From contig MU057981.1 of NCBI GenBank assembly GCA_013265495.1, positions 124,001-188,000 on the forward strand: a DNA stretch of 64,000 nucleotides, given 5' to 3'. A program made the translations under genes and the position numbers. Positions within the stretch are counted from its first letter, which is position 1. Each line of letters opens with the position of its first letter. The stretch is from Vicugna vicugna. Its lineage: Eukaryota. Below the pieces are notes generated by a model. It saw nothing but the letters and a program-made list of their open reading frames with translations, was not told the origin of the DNA and made no database searches. This document shows, one piece after another, positions 39,747 to 52,500 of this stretch.

Positions 39747-40168
39747 TGTGAGCTGGTGTTGAGATGAGTTAAGGCCGTGGGACCCAAGGCCACAATCGGA
39801 GCACTGAGATGAGTTAAGGCTGTGGGACCCAAGGCCACGACTACAGAGCATGTTTGTAGTATGCAGTAAATAATTGCTCCATGTATGCGTCAATTATATA
39901 AGATTTAGAACAAAGAAAGTAGAAGTACGCATGTGCTAGAGATATTCTGTAAGCCTAAAGAGCAAAGAAATTCAGACCACGCATGTGCTGACAGAAAACA
40001 GATAAAACAGGACAGGTGCATCATAGGCGCGCACCTCCCTGTGGCAATAAAATGTTGTTAACGGTGTCTCTGGCTGAAGTCTGTCCAGCAGTATGGCAAC
40101 TCCTCGTGCATTTTTTCGTTTGGGCCACTCACCTCCTAGAACCCCACATCAGCCTCCTTTGGCTAACA
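39747..40168 (+). repeat. 3' LTR (422 bp)
   Basis: Preceded by a purine tract (agggggtggaa); has an extra 45-bp unit and a 5-bp deletion relative to the 5' LTR. Confidence 0.95.
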
Positions 40169-40443
40169 ATTATTTTATATATTATTCAGAATTTAAACAA
40201 TAATAACCACAAATATTTGCTAAACACTTGTTTAAGTACATAATTATATGCAGTTTGACTTGTGTGGATTTAGGGAATGTTATTAACAAAAATTTGCTCT
40301 TCACAATGTGGTGAAATCACACAGCCCACGTGCTTCCAACGGGTCAGCATACCGAGCCCCAATTTAATTGATATGTTACTGGCACATACTTTCAGTTTTC
40401 TCATAGACATGTGAATAATTTAAATACTTCTTTCTTGTTTTAG

Positions 40444-40632
40444 GCAATTCAAACCAACCTACAGAAGTGACAGCACTATATTTCTTTGAAGGACAACAAC
40501 CAGGAGATGAATTTTCAAGCTGGAGACAGAATCACAGTTATATCAAAAACAGACTTGTGTTTTGATTGGTGGGAAGGAAAGCTCTGAGGTCAAACCGACA
40601 TTTTTCCAGCCAACTCTGTTACCATGAATTAA
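40444..40632 (+). pseudogene. SH3YL1: Unprocessed last coding exon (SH3 domain) of SH3YL1, disabled
   Basis: Acceptor tttcttgttttag; NQPTEVTALYFFEGQQPGD / NFQAGDRITVISKTD..FDWWEGKL*GQTDIFPANSVTMN*; frameshift after GD and in-frame TGA; followed by AT-rich 3'UTR-like DNA. Confidence 0.92.
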
Positions 40633-41344
40633 AGTTCATATTATTTCCTTCTTTGAGAATTACAAGAAAATTATTTCTACACACACAGGATTTACTATCC
40701 AGTTAAACAATGTTTAATACAAGTTCAAAAACTCTTCTGTTTATTCCATAAACTTTTATCCTCTATGTAAAAGATTTTGTTTTTCTTTATGTAAATGGTT
40801 CTTACGTATTTTTAAATACTTTCCACAAATTTTATTACATATACTATTTAATAGTTAATGTCTTCTAATTTATATGGTCACACTTCTTTTGTGTTCATTT
40901 TCAAAAATCTATTAACGTTTTATTTGGCTTTGTACATGATGACTTTAATTTGGGAAGCTTAAGAATGGGGCATGAATCCTAACTGGTTATTAAGTAATAT
41001 TCAGAGTTGTAGGTACTAGCTAGAATATTGATTCTTAAAATTACTTCTATACCTTCAAAAATTGCATATGTATGTTTCATGGACATATATGTAACATGCT
41101 ATTACAAAGATATTCAACCACTATTCATTAAAAAAAGATGACATCTATTAACTTTTCCTCTTTGTGAGGTTATGTTCATTTGCAGCAGTATAGTAAACTT
41201 ATGTTGACATGGTTCTCTTGTCCCTAAATAAATGTTTTTAAGTGTTAAGTTAATGTTTTGGTCTTGTTTTTCTTATTCACTTTTTGTAAAGTAACCAGAG
41301 GTCTGTGGTTGGTCTGCAACTCACCTCCATGATTATACTGCTAA

Positions 41345-44300
41345 ATTCTTTTTTCAGCTTTATAAACATAAAATTGACAAATAAAATAGTAAAAAATTTA
41401 AAGGTTCTGTGATTTGAAATACACAGTCATTGTGAAAGGATTCCTACTGAGTTAATGGACACATTCAACATCTCACAAATTTATTTTTATTTGATGAGAA
41501 CCCTTAAGTTCTCTCTTAGCAAATTTCAGTTATGGAATGCAACATTATAACTGTAGTCACCACACTGTACATTAGATTCCCAGAACATACTCCTCTTAGA
41601 AACTGGAAGTTTGTACCCTTTGATCAACATCTCTTAATTTTGCTGACCTCCCAACCCCTGGTCAACACCAATCTACTCTCTGTTTCTATTAGCTTGGCTT
41701 TTTTGAATCCCATTTGATACTACACAGTATTTGTCTTTCTCTGATTTATTTCATTTAAAATAATCCCCTCAAGTTTCATCCATGTTGTTGTAAATTTCAG
41801 GATTTTCTTCCTTTGTTTATATATATATATATATATCACATGTTCCTTATCCATTCATCTGTTGATGGACATTTAGGGTTTTCCATATATAATAACATGG
41901 CATCTGTAAGCAGAGATAATCTTACTTCCTCCTTTCCAGTTTGAATGCCTTTTATTTGTTTTTCTTGCCTAATTTCTCTGGCCATGGCTTCCAGTACAAT
42001 GCTGAATAGAACTGATGATAGTGGACGTCCTGATTGTTCCTGATCCTGGAGGAAATGTTCCCAGATTTTCACTGTAGAATATGATGTTAGCTGTGGACTG
42101 GTCAAACAAGAGAAAGTTGTTTAATCTCCACATATTTGTGAACTTTCCAGTTTTCTTCTTATAATTGATTTCTAGTTTCATACAATTGTGGCCAGAAAAA
42201 GATGCTTGATATGATTTCAATTATCTTAAATTCATTAAGACCTGTTTTGTGCCTACATAGGCTCTATCCTGGAGAATCTTCCATGTACACTTGCCAAGAA
42301 TGTGTATTCTGCTGCTATTGGATGGAATGTTCTATAAATGTCTGTTATGTCCAACTGGTCTGACACATTATATAAAGCCAATGTTTCCTTATTGATTTTC
42401 TGTCTGGATGATCTATCCATTGATGAAAGTAGGGTGTCAAAATTCCCCCCCCAAACACACATAATTATGTATTGCTATCTGTTTCATCTTTTAGGTCTGT
42501 TAATATTTGCTTTATATATTCAGCTGCTCCTATGTTGGGCACATGCATATTTACAAACATTATAGCCTCTTGTTGAATTGACCCCTTTATTATTATATAA
42601 TGACCTCTGTCTCTTATTACAGTATCTTGATTACAGTCTATTTTTCTGATATAAGTATAGTGATCTCTGCTTTCTTTTGGTTTTTGTTTGCATGAAATTT
42701 CTTTTTCTATTCCTTCACTTTCAGTCTGCATGTGTCTTTAAAGCTATTGAGTCTTTTGTAGGCAGCATATAGTTGGGTGTTTTTTTTTTTTTAATCCATG
42801 TAGCTACTCTCTGTCTTTTGATTAGAGAATTTAGTCTAGTCCATTTACACTTGAAGTAATAATTGATAGGTAAGGACTTACTATTGCCATTTTGTTCATT
42901 ATTTCTTGGCTGTTTTGTAATTCCACTGCCCCTACCTTCATGTCTTAGTGATTTGATAATTTTATGTAGTGCTATTCTTAATTTCTTTCTCTCCTTCTTT
43001 TGTATATCTACTGTATATTTTTGCTTTGTGTTTACCATGAGGTTTACAGAAAACATAACAGTCTGTTTTAAGCTGATAATAACTTTGTACCATATTAAAT
43101 CTCTGCATTTTTACTCTCTCCCCACATTTTATGCCTTTAACGTCACAAGTTATCTATTTTTACCTGTGTATTCATCGACAAATTATAGTTACTTCAATGC
43201 TTTGTTATTTAACCTTCATACTAGATTTATAAGTGATTTAACCACCAGCAACATTACAATAGGAGAGAATTCTGAATGTAACTCTATTTTTAATTTTACC
43301 AGTGAGTTTTAAGCTTTCATATGCTTTCCTGTTACTGATTTGCATCATTTCATTTCCTCTTGAAGAACTACATTTAGCATCTCTCGTGAGGCAATGTTAG
43401 TGGTGGTGAACTTCTTCAGCTTTTGTTTGTCTGTAAAACTCTTTATCTCTCCTTTAATTCTGAAGGACAGCTTTGCCAGGTAGAGGATTCTTGGTTGATG
43501 GTTTTTTCTTTCAGCATTTTGAATGCATATCACCCTGAGAGCTCTCTTCTGGCCTGTAAGGTTTCTGCTGAAAAATTCAGTGGCAGTCTTATGAGGGTTC
43601 TTTTGTCATAATAAGTTTCTTTTCTCTTGCTGCTTTTAAGACTGTCTTCTTGTCTTTAACTTCTAACTGTTGAATTATAATGTGTCTTAGTGTGGGATTC
43701 TTTAGATGCAGCTTATTTGGAATTCTGGGCTTCCTGGGTCAGGACGTCTGTTTCTCTCCCCAGTTTAGGGAAGTTTTCAGCCATTATTTCTTTGAAAAGG
43801 CATTCTGCCTCTTTTCCTTTCTCTTTTCCTCTGGAACTTCTATAATGTACATGTTCAACTGCTTGGTGGTTCCTGAAATTACCCTAAATGTCTTCACTCT
43901 TTATTATTTTTCTTTTTTGTTCTCTGCTTGAATAAATTCTACTGCCTTGTTTTCAAGTTTTTTGATCATTCATTTTGCTCAATCTAGTCTACTATTGAAC
44001 CTCTCATTTGAATTTTTCAGTTAAATTATTTTTATTCTATTTTTTAGTTCTATGATTGCTGTTTTGTACTTTTCAATAGTTTCTATCTCTTGTTGAAGTT
44101 TTCACTTTGTTCATGCATTGTTCTCCTGAATCAGTGAGCATCTTTATGACTGTAATTTTGAACTCTCTATCAGGTAAATCATTTCTTTCTATTTCAATAT
44201 GGTAAGCTTCTGAAGATTTATCTTGTTCTTCTGCTTGGAATATATTCCCCTACTTCTTCATTTTCCTTGACTCTCTGTGTTGGTTTCAGCACATTACATA

Positions 44301-45400
44301 AAACCACCACCTCTCCCAGTCTGGATGGAATGGTCTCATGTGGGAGTTGAACCCTGGTAGTCAGCCCAGCCTGAGCTCCCAGTTGTCTATCTTAAACCCC
44401 TGTAATTGTCCAAGCTGCTATCTTTGTTTTTAGTGGCTCCCAAGACCCATCAGTTTTCCAAAGGGGAAACTCTCGGTCAGTGCCTAAATGTAGGTTGATT
44501 GGAAATTGGACCCTCAGACAGGACTGAGAAAGTATGTATTGAAAGCTGTTCTATGGAGAAACTGGGAGATGAGTGTTTTCACTTGCTCACTCCATGCTGA
44601 GGTGTGGGGTGTAGCTGGGGGTATTCCTGTGTCCATTTAAAAAGTGCATCTTTGTTTCAGTCCTGTGGGACTCTGGAGTATAATTCCTGCAGGCCACCAA
44701 ACCCGGGTGATTGGGGACCCATCCCTCAAATGGCAGGTATAAAAGCTGGGGCACTAGATGTGTGGACAAGCTCCTTCCAGGGAGATGCTTGGTTTACTGT
44801 TGGAGTGAACCAGAGGGAGAAGGCAGGGCTCCAGGAGGGTCACAGCTGGCACCTGGGTGTGTGCTAATTAGATGCTGGGCCCCAGGCAGCCCTTTGCAAA
44901 GTCTGCAACCAAACCCCCTCCAAAGAAGTGGAAGAGGGAAGATGGCATTTCTACCTGCAACCTCTGAGCTGGGGCCTCGGGGAGTAGCCCAGCAGGTGCT
45001 GGTGCTCCCACTGGTTCCCTGTTTGCTGCATTCCTGGGGGACTGGTGAACACAGGCCCTGCTGACTTTAAGAGCTCAGTGACCTTGGATCTCGTCCCTTG
45101 GATGGAAGTCTTAAAGCTGGGGGGGTGTTAGTTGTTCAGTTTAGATCCCTTGCTCCACAGGGAGAAGCTGGGAGTTGGGGGTCCCCTCAATTGCAGGGCA
45201 CTGTGCTGGGGGTGGGGTGTATGGTGGGGGTGTGCCTTTCCTACCCCTTCTTATGGGGGTGTTTTCTGTTACCTAATGTGTAGGAATCACTCAGCCAGGC
45301 TCTGGGATTCTCGCAGAGGCAACTGCTCCATGAATAGCCATGTAGTCAGCGCCTCTGTGGTAGAAGGGAAATTCAGGAGCCTCCAAGTCACCATCTTTGT
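41345..45400 (-). mobile_element. Older L1 with 5'UTR, ORF1, endonuclease and 3' end; most of ORF2 deleted
   Basis: GNFDTLLSSMDRSSRQKINKET...DIYRTFHP (EN), QPRILYLAKLSFRIKGEIKSFTDKQKLKKF (ORF1), 5'-end caccatctt near 45390, L1MA-like 3'UTR at 41345-41890. Confidence 0.9.
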
Positions 45401-45459
45401 CCTTCTAACTTCTTTCTTGAACTCCAGACCCATATCTCCAACTTGGCATTTGGCAGCTC

Positions 45460-45578
45460 TATTCTGACATGTAATAGCATCTCAAACCTCACTTGTCTGA
45501 GGTAAAGCTCGCCCTTGCTTTCCCACTCCTAAAGCCTGCCCCTCCCACAGTGCCCCTCTTCAGTGACTGGAAATCCCA
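45460..45578 (+). mobile_element. L2 fragment
   Basis: taatagcatctcaaacctcacttgtc...aagcctgcccctccc..cttcagtgactggaaatcc is L2-like. Confidence 0.55.
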
Positions 45579-45580
45579 CT

Positions 45581-46101
45581 TGTTACTGAGTCCAAACTTA
45601 TTCTGCTTGCCACACAACAGGCCAATAAATCAGGAGACAAGGTGTTGGGGCAAGGACTAGTGACTTTATTTGGAAAGCTGACAGATCGAGAGGATGGCAG
45701 ACTACCTTGGAGAACCATCCTACTCCAGTCAGAATATGGTTTCCTTTTATACAAAAAAACAGGGGAGACGGTATGGTTGGTTGTTGCAAACTTCTTTCTT
45801 CAGGAATCTTTGTTCTTGCAGCCATCCATGTGGGTCAGGCCATGGTGTTCCCGTAAACCTCCAACAAAACAAAGGTAATTCTCTATTTTGCAACTTGCCA
45901 TCTCTACATAAGTGCAGAAGTGCTAACATCCTTAAAGGTCAGAGCCCTAATAATAGGCTCTCCTGTGCATTTCAGGCTAAAGGCAACACTGTTTTACAAA
46001 AGGTGCAGAGCTAGCAAGACTAAGCCTGGGAAATGGTGCACAATAGTTAAAGCCAAAGGAATGGATATAATATGGAGTCAGATTTGTTCTTTTCCATTAC
46101 A
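45581..46101 (-). mobile_element. ERV1-type solo LTR (MER41-like artiodactyl family)
   Basis: TGT...ACA termini; antisense AATAAA (actttattt) and TATA-like (ccttttata); ~520 bp; no clear TSD. Confidence 0.7.
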
Positions 46102-46128
46102 GGGGGACACAGTGAGAGCCTCCTGGTG

Positions 46129-46230
46129 ATTGGCTGGAGGCGTAGCCTGCTGAGAGCAGCCTGGCGATTGGCTGGAAGTGCTGTGGGGGTCACAGGGAGG
46201 CATTGTGATGCACCACAGATGGTTATAAAA
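46129..46230 (+). promoter_or_regulatory. Candidate Pol II core promoter: two inverted CCAAT boxes plus TATA
   Basis: gattggctgga at 46128 and 46166, TATAAAA at 46224-46230, gagATGG at 46264. Confidence 0.4.
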
Positions 46231-47439
46231 GCCACCCTGCTGCCGAGGTCAGCCATAGCAGAGATGGCCTTTCTGGTTCTCTTGCTGGTTGTGGCCATGT
46301 CCTCTACTGCCTTTTCCGTGCCCACCTTTGACTCACTCCATACCCAATCCTTTATCCCTGGACCCCTCACCCACACCGTGCACTCTAATGCCAGGATCCA
46401 CCTTCAGGCCCCTCTGTGAGCCAGCATGTCTGTGCACCCACACTCGGCACCTCCTGCAACTGCATGGGCTGGCCTGGCTCTTCTCCTTCTGGTTCCAGCC
46501 CCACAGCAGGGGATCAGAGTCAGCCATTGTTCCCAGATCCCTTTTCCACCTCTAGCACCACAATCTAGCCCCTTACTCACACTGGGGGACTCGGCAACAC
46601 AGAATGACAACTTCACTGTGCAGCCTGCTGGATAGTTAGATGTGGCCAAGGAGACAGGAGTTAGAGTCATGAAAGCCTCTAAAATATTCCTTACAGACAG
46701 CTTATTCTTCTTCCCTCCTTCCTGCTGTTGCTGGAATACAGTCGTGGCAGCTGGATTTGTACCCACCATCTTACTTCAGGAGGATGAAGGCCAAACCAGT
46801 GACAGCAGACCATTTAACGGGTTGTGAGGGCTGCAGAAATCAGATCTGCCACATCAACCATAAAGTGCCTGCCTTGGAATATATATGTAACAGAGAGAGT
46901 AATCTCACTTGGATAAGCCATTGTCATATGAAGTTTCTAACAGCAGGCTGTATTTATGACTAAGAGGTCAGCATTAACTCCATCCACAAGATTAGTAATA
47001 GTGTCAAAGCTAACCCACATTAATAACCAAGACCAAAGCACACAACCTTTCCCACAGGAAACATAACAGCCATCTGGGAAGATCAAACACCCAAACCTGA
47101 TTAAAAACAAAAACAGCAAACAACCTGGGACAAAGGATACTGACATCATAAAGATACTGCCTGAAATCCACATCCAATTCCAAACCCAGCCCTCAAGCCT
47201 CAGGCCATGATAAACATTACCTTAGGAGCAGACAGCTACATTGATCAGTTTTAGCCAGTGAAATAAGATACAAAGCCAGAAATCAAATGGACAAGTTTAT
47301 GAATACAGATCATACAAAATACCCCAGTGTCCTATAAAAGCTGTCTATAAACCTTAGTATGTTTATCTTGATTATCAAAATGTGACTTAGATATATTACC
47401 CCTAATAAACACTAGATATTTAAACAACAATTGTGAGGA

Positions 47440-48850
47440 CTCTGCTTTTTGGAAGGTGGACAAGTACTTTCCCCTATTCCACCTCTAAGTACCCTGAAAG
47501 TCCTGGATGTTACACGTGAAACAGTCATCTGAAGTTTCTGGAAGGCACAAGGAAGGAGGCAGAAACTCAGGACCAGGAATGGCATGGAGGTAACACCTGG
47601 GGCTGTCTCTTTGCCTCGCGTGTCCCACACTGAGAGCTGGAGATTCAGGTGGCCCAGAAACAGCAACAGGCACAACTGTGAACTCCAGCAACAGCCAGCT
47701 CTCTCTGGCCAAAGAATGAGAAGAGGGCAGCCTTGAGAAGAAAACAACTATACAATAACACTCCTACTCCAGGCAAACCATCAAAAAAAAAAATCTGAAA
47801 ATTTCCACCCTTCTCAGGCTGTGGTCAAGGACCAACCCCAGGCTGGGCTGTCAGAGAGGCCATGCAGAAAGCTCTACCTCTGATTTCAGCCAGCTGTTAA
47901 TTCATGACGCCACCACACCTTGCTCCACATAGTCAGTAAAAACTAACAGCTTTTTTATTCCTCTCTCCCAGTAAGAAGCCAGAACTCTCTCCTGCACAGT
48001 GGGAAGGTGGTACTCCCACCCCCATGAGCCCCAACAGAGGCCCAGTGTGGAGCTTCAAGTTGTACCCCAACCTGGCAGCATCAAGATGGTGGTACTTACC
48101 TTCCTTTGCTAAGTATAGCCTGGGAAACCAGCCAAAAGAAAAAATTCCACATAAAAGAGTATCATACATAATATCCAGGTTCCAGTCAGAAATCACTCAT
48201 CATACCAAGAACCAGAATGGTCTCAATGAATGAACACACATAATCAACAGACACCAATACCAAATGACAACAAGATTTTAAAGAAGTCATCATAAAAATG
48301 ATTCAATAAACAACTACAAACTTGCCTGAGAAAATGAAAAACAGAAACTATCAGCAAAGAAATACAAGATATAAAAAAAGATTCAAATAGAAATTTTAGA
48401 ACTGAAAAAAACAAAAACAAAAACAAAAACAAAAACACCCCTGAAATAAAAAGCTCACCAGATGGGAAGAACATCAAAATAGAGAGGACAGAGGAAAGCT
48501 TAGTGAACATGAAGAAAGAACAGTGAAAACTGCCCCAAATGAAACTGGAAAAATACTAACCTTGGGGACCTGTGGGACTGTAACAAAAGACCTAACATTC
48601 ATCTCAATGGAGTCACAGAAAAAGGGGAGAAAGGAAGTGGCTGAAAAAATATTCAAAGAAATAAAGGATGAAAGTTACCAAATCTGACAAAATACATAAA
48701 CCAGCACATTCAGGAAACAGAAAATTCTAAAGAGAACAAATAAATCTACTCCAAGACACAGTATAGTCAAACTTCAAAAAACTAAAGCAACAAACGTGAA
48801 GTAGTGAGGGTAACACCTAACCTACCAAGGTAAGACAAGTCAAATGACAG
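47440..48850 (+). mobile_element. Ancient L1 (L1MC/MD-type) 5' region and ORF1 remnant
   Basis: atatccaggttccagtcagaaatcactcatcataccaagaaccag; gggacctgtgggactgtaacaaaagacctaacattc; ccaagacacagtatagtcaaact. Confidence 0.7.
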
Positions 48851-48859
48851 CGGTTTCCC

Positions 48860-49575
48860 ATCACTCTCATACTAAAACCAGACAGTGATCACAGAAAAGA
48901 AAATTATAGGCCAGTGTCACCAATGAACATAAGTGCAAAAATCCTCAACAAAATACTAGCAAACCAACTCCAACAATTCATTAAAAGATCAGACACCATG
49001 ATCAAGTGGGATTTATCCCAGGGATGTAAGGATTTTTCAATATCTACAAATCAATAAATATGATACACCACATTAACAAATTGAAGTACAAAAACCATAT
49101 GATCATCTCAATAGATGCAGAAAAGCATAAGACAAAATTCAACATTTATTTGTGATAAAAACTCTTCAGAAATTGGGCATAGATAGGACATACCTCAACA
49201 TAACAAAAGCCATATACAACAAACTAAAGCTAACTTCATACTCAATGGTGAAAAGTCAAAAGCATTTTCTCTAAGATCAGGAACAAGACAAGGATTCCCT
49301 CTATCATCACTTTTATTCAACACAGTTTTGGAGTTCCTAGCCACAGCAGTTGGAGAACAAAAAGAAATGAAAGGAATCCAAATTGGAAATGAAGTAATAA
49401 ACTGTCACTGTTTGCAGATGACACAATACTCATATAGAAAATCTGAAAGACACAAACAGAAAATTACAAGAGCTCATCAAGGAATTCAGTAAATTTGCAG
49501 GAAACAAAATTAATACAAAGAAATCTGTTGCACTTCTATATACTAATGACAAAATATCAGAAAACAAAAATTAGG
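48860..49575 (+). mobile_element. L1 ORF2 RT fragment
   Basis: gaaaattataggccagtgtcac..atgaacataagtgcaaaaatcctcaacaaaatactagc; ctgtttgcagatgac (LFADD). Confidence 0.9.
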
Positions 49576-52500
49576 AGAGGTGCCAAGATGGTGGAGAGAC
49601 TCAAAGCTTGCCCTTTTCCACAGATACACCCAGAATTACATTTACAAAGCGAGTGAAATGCAAAGAACACCTACTGAACATGGGCAGAGCATCTCTCACT
49701 TCAAAATATAGAAGAATCCTCACAAAACCGGAGGGGGGGAGAAAAAATTTTGATGCAGGACCAGCACTGCAAGGAGGGAGCAGCGCAGGATGACAGGCAC
49801 ACTGATGTGGTGACAACCCCTCTCCAGCCAGGAGGTCAGCAGGGACATAAGTGGAGATTTTGAGGCTCAGAGGACAAAGTGACAGCTGCTTGGTGGACAG
49901 AACTAAGGGGCACTGGCATGATCCCCAGCCCTAGATGTGAGCCGGCAGGGACAAGCTGGAACTGGCTGCTGGAGACTGGTGCGGACCCCAAGCAGAGGGC
50001 TGAGGCCCACTGCACAGAGGCAGGGGCCCGGCAGCTTCACAGGCAGAACTGGGATTTGTTTACAGCTCCTGGCAGTGAGGGCAGATGTGCTCTATCTGGA
50101 CCCTTTGTGGATCCAGGCCTCTGGGACTAACAGGCACTGAGTGGAGCTCTGGCACACGGCAAGTGTGGGGATTTACAAGAGGCTGGCTTACCATATGTGT
50201 GTGGAGGTGGGGCTGGTGTCTGTGCTGACTCCGTAGCACACCACAGATTCAGGTGTGTGCCTGCATGCTTGCTACGGTGGGTCCTAGCACCTGACAGATT
50301 TGCACTGGTGGTTCCTGGGGCCCAGAACATGGGGGAGATCAGAGCAGGTGGCCAGCATTTCCACAGCTAAGGTGGGAACAAAGGCAGCATCAAGAGTACT
50401 TTGTAAGCCCATATAAAAAGTGACAGACACCACCACAGAGGGCACATCCCAGTGGCTATCTCCTGTGGAGGTGCACTCAGCAACTCTTCTCCCCAGCTGA
50501 AGCACCCCAACCACACCTGCCACACACCACAGCTCAGAAACGGGTCTAGCAGCCTCTTTTCCAGCAACAGGGGAGCAGACTCAGCCCCTGGCAAGGCTGT
50601 GACAACTACAGAACAAAAAAGGAGGCCATGCTCAGCAACGAACATAAGGGTAAACTCTGATCACCAAAACATCAAACACACCCCCAATCAAAGGGACAGC
50701 AGCCAACACACACAGGAGACAGACACAGCAATCATAAATACTAGGAACAGCCCTTACAACAAAATTATCAGCTACACAGTCTACACAGGAACACTCCCAC
50801 TTTAAATGAAAACCAACAAAAACTAAAACAGCCCTTCAAGACCACAGTAGATAACTGATACTCCTAAATGCACAGAGCCAGAGAAATATAAGTAAAATGA
50901 AGAAGAGGAACCACTCCCAACTAAAGAACAAGAGAAGTCCCCTGAAGGGAAGAAAGATGAGATAGACCTCAACAATCTACTAGATCTTGACTTCAAAAAG
51001 GGAGTGATAAAAACACTGCAGGAAATAAGAGAGACTATGAATAAGAGACAGAGAATACTATGAAAAGGAAATACAAACTATAAATAAGAGCCAATTAAAA
51101 ACAGGAAACTCAATGGCTGATAGAAGAGCTGGGCTAAATGTCATCAAAAGCAGATTAGATAAAGCAGAGGAATGAATAAGTGATTCAGAACACAGGATAA
51201 CAGAGCTCACCAATCAGAACAACAGACAGAAAAGCAAAAATCAATGAAAGCAATATATGGGACCTATGGGATAATATAAAGTGTGCAAACCTATGCATAA
51301 TAGGGACCCCAGAAAGAGAAGAAAGAGCAAACTGGATTTCAAAGGTACTGGAAGAAAGCATGTCTGAAAACCACCCAAATCTAAAGAAAGAAACAGATAT
51401 CCATGTACAGGAACCACAAGGGTCCCAAACAAAAACCCAACCTGACCTACACCAAGACATATTATAATTAAGATGGCCAAAGTTAAAGATAAAGAATTCT
51501 AAAGGCAGCAAGAGAAAAACAAAGAGTTAGTTACTAGAAATCCCCATAAGGTTTCAGCTTTCTTGCCAGAAGGGAGTGGTGAGATCCATCCAAAGTTCTG
51601 AATGAGAAAAAGCTGCAACCTAGGATATTATCTGGCAAGACTATCATTTAGAGTAGAAGGAGAGATAGAGGATTTCACAGAAAAGCAAAAACTAAAAGAA
51701 CTCAGCAATACTGAACCTAACAGAAACATTAAAAGGTTCTACTCTAAATAGAAAGGAAGCTGGATGCTACAGAAATGGGAAAACCATAGTTGGAAATTCA
51801 GCAACAAGTTACAAGAGAATAAACGTGAAGATGTAAAAAAGAAAAAGGACATCAAAGTAAAAAAAAGGTGGGAATGGGAGAGAGGAGCAAGAAAATATAA
51901 ATTTTTTTCTCTTTCTTTTTTTTTTCTTCATTATTCTTAGGATGTGTTGGATCCTATGTGACTAGCAGTCTAAAGGAAATAGATATAGTAATGGGTTGAC
52001 ATACTTGAAAAATAAGATAACCACAAATCAAAAGCATACAAAACAGTCACAAAACAAAACAAAAAGAAACAAACTCAAAATGGCTTAAAGACTTAAACAT
52101 AAGACAAGATAAAATAAACCTCCAGAAGAAAACATAGGCAAAACATTATTTGACATACATCTCAGCAATGTTCTCCCAGGGAAATCTACCCAAGCAACAG
52201 AAATAAAAGCCAAAATAAACAAATGGGACCTAGTTAAACTTATACACTTTTGCACAGCAATAGAAACTGTAAGCAAAACAAAAAACAACCCATGGAATGG
52301 GAGAACATATTTGCAAAAGATGAGACTGACAATGGCTTAACTTCTAGACTATATAAACAATTCATACAACTTAATAAGAAAAAAATAAACCCAATCCAAA
52401 AATGGGCAGAACTAGACAAGCAATTCTCCAATGAAGACATACAAATGGCCAATAGGCACATGAAAAAAATGCTCAGTATCACTAATTATCAGAGAAATGT

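Larger units (their letters stand above)
34884..40168 (+). mobile_element. Class III endogenous retrovirus, HERV-S-like provirus (5285 bp, internally deleted, G-to-A hypermutated)
   Basis: Paired TG...CA LTRs, 5-bp TSD ATTAT (34879-34883 and 40169-40173), tRNA-Ser PBS, PPT, and gag/RT/RNaseH/IN/env remnants. Confidence 0.95.
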
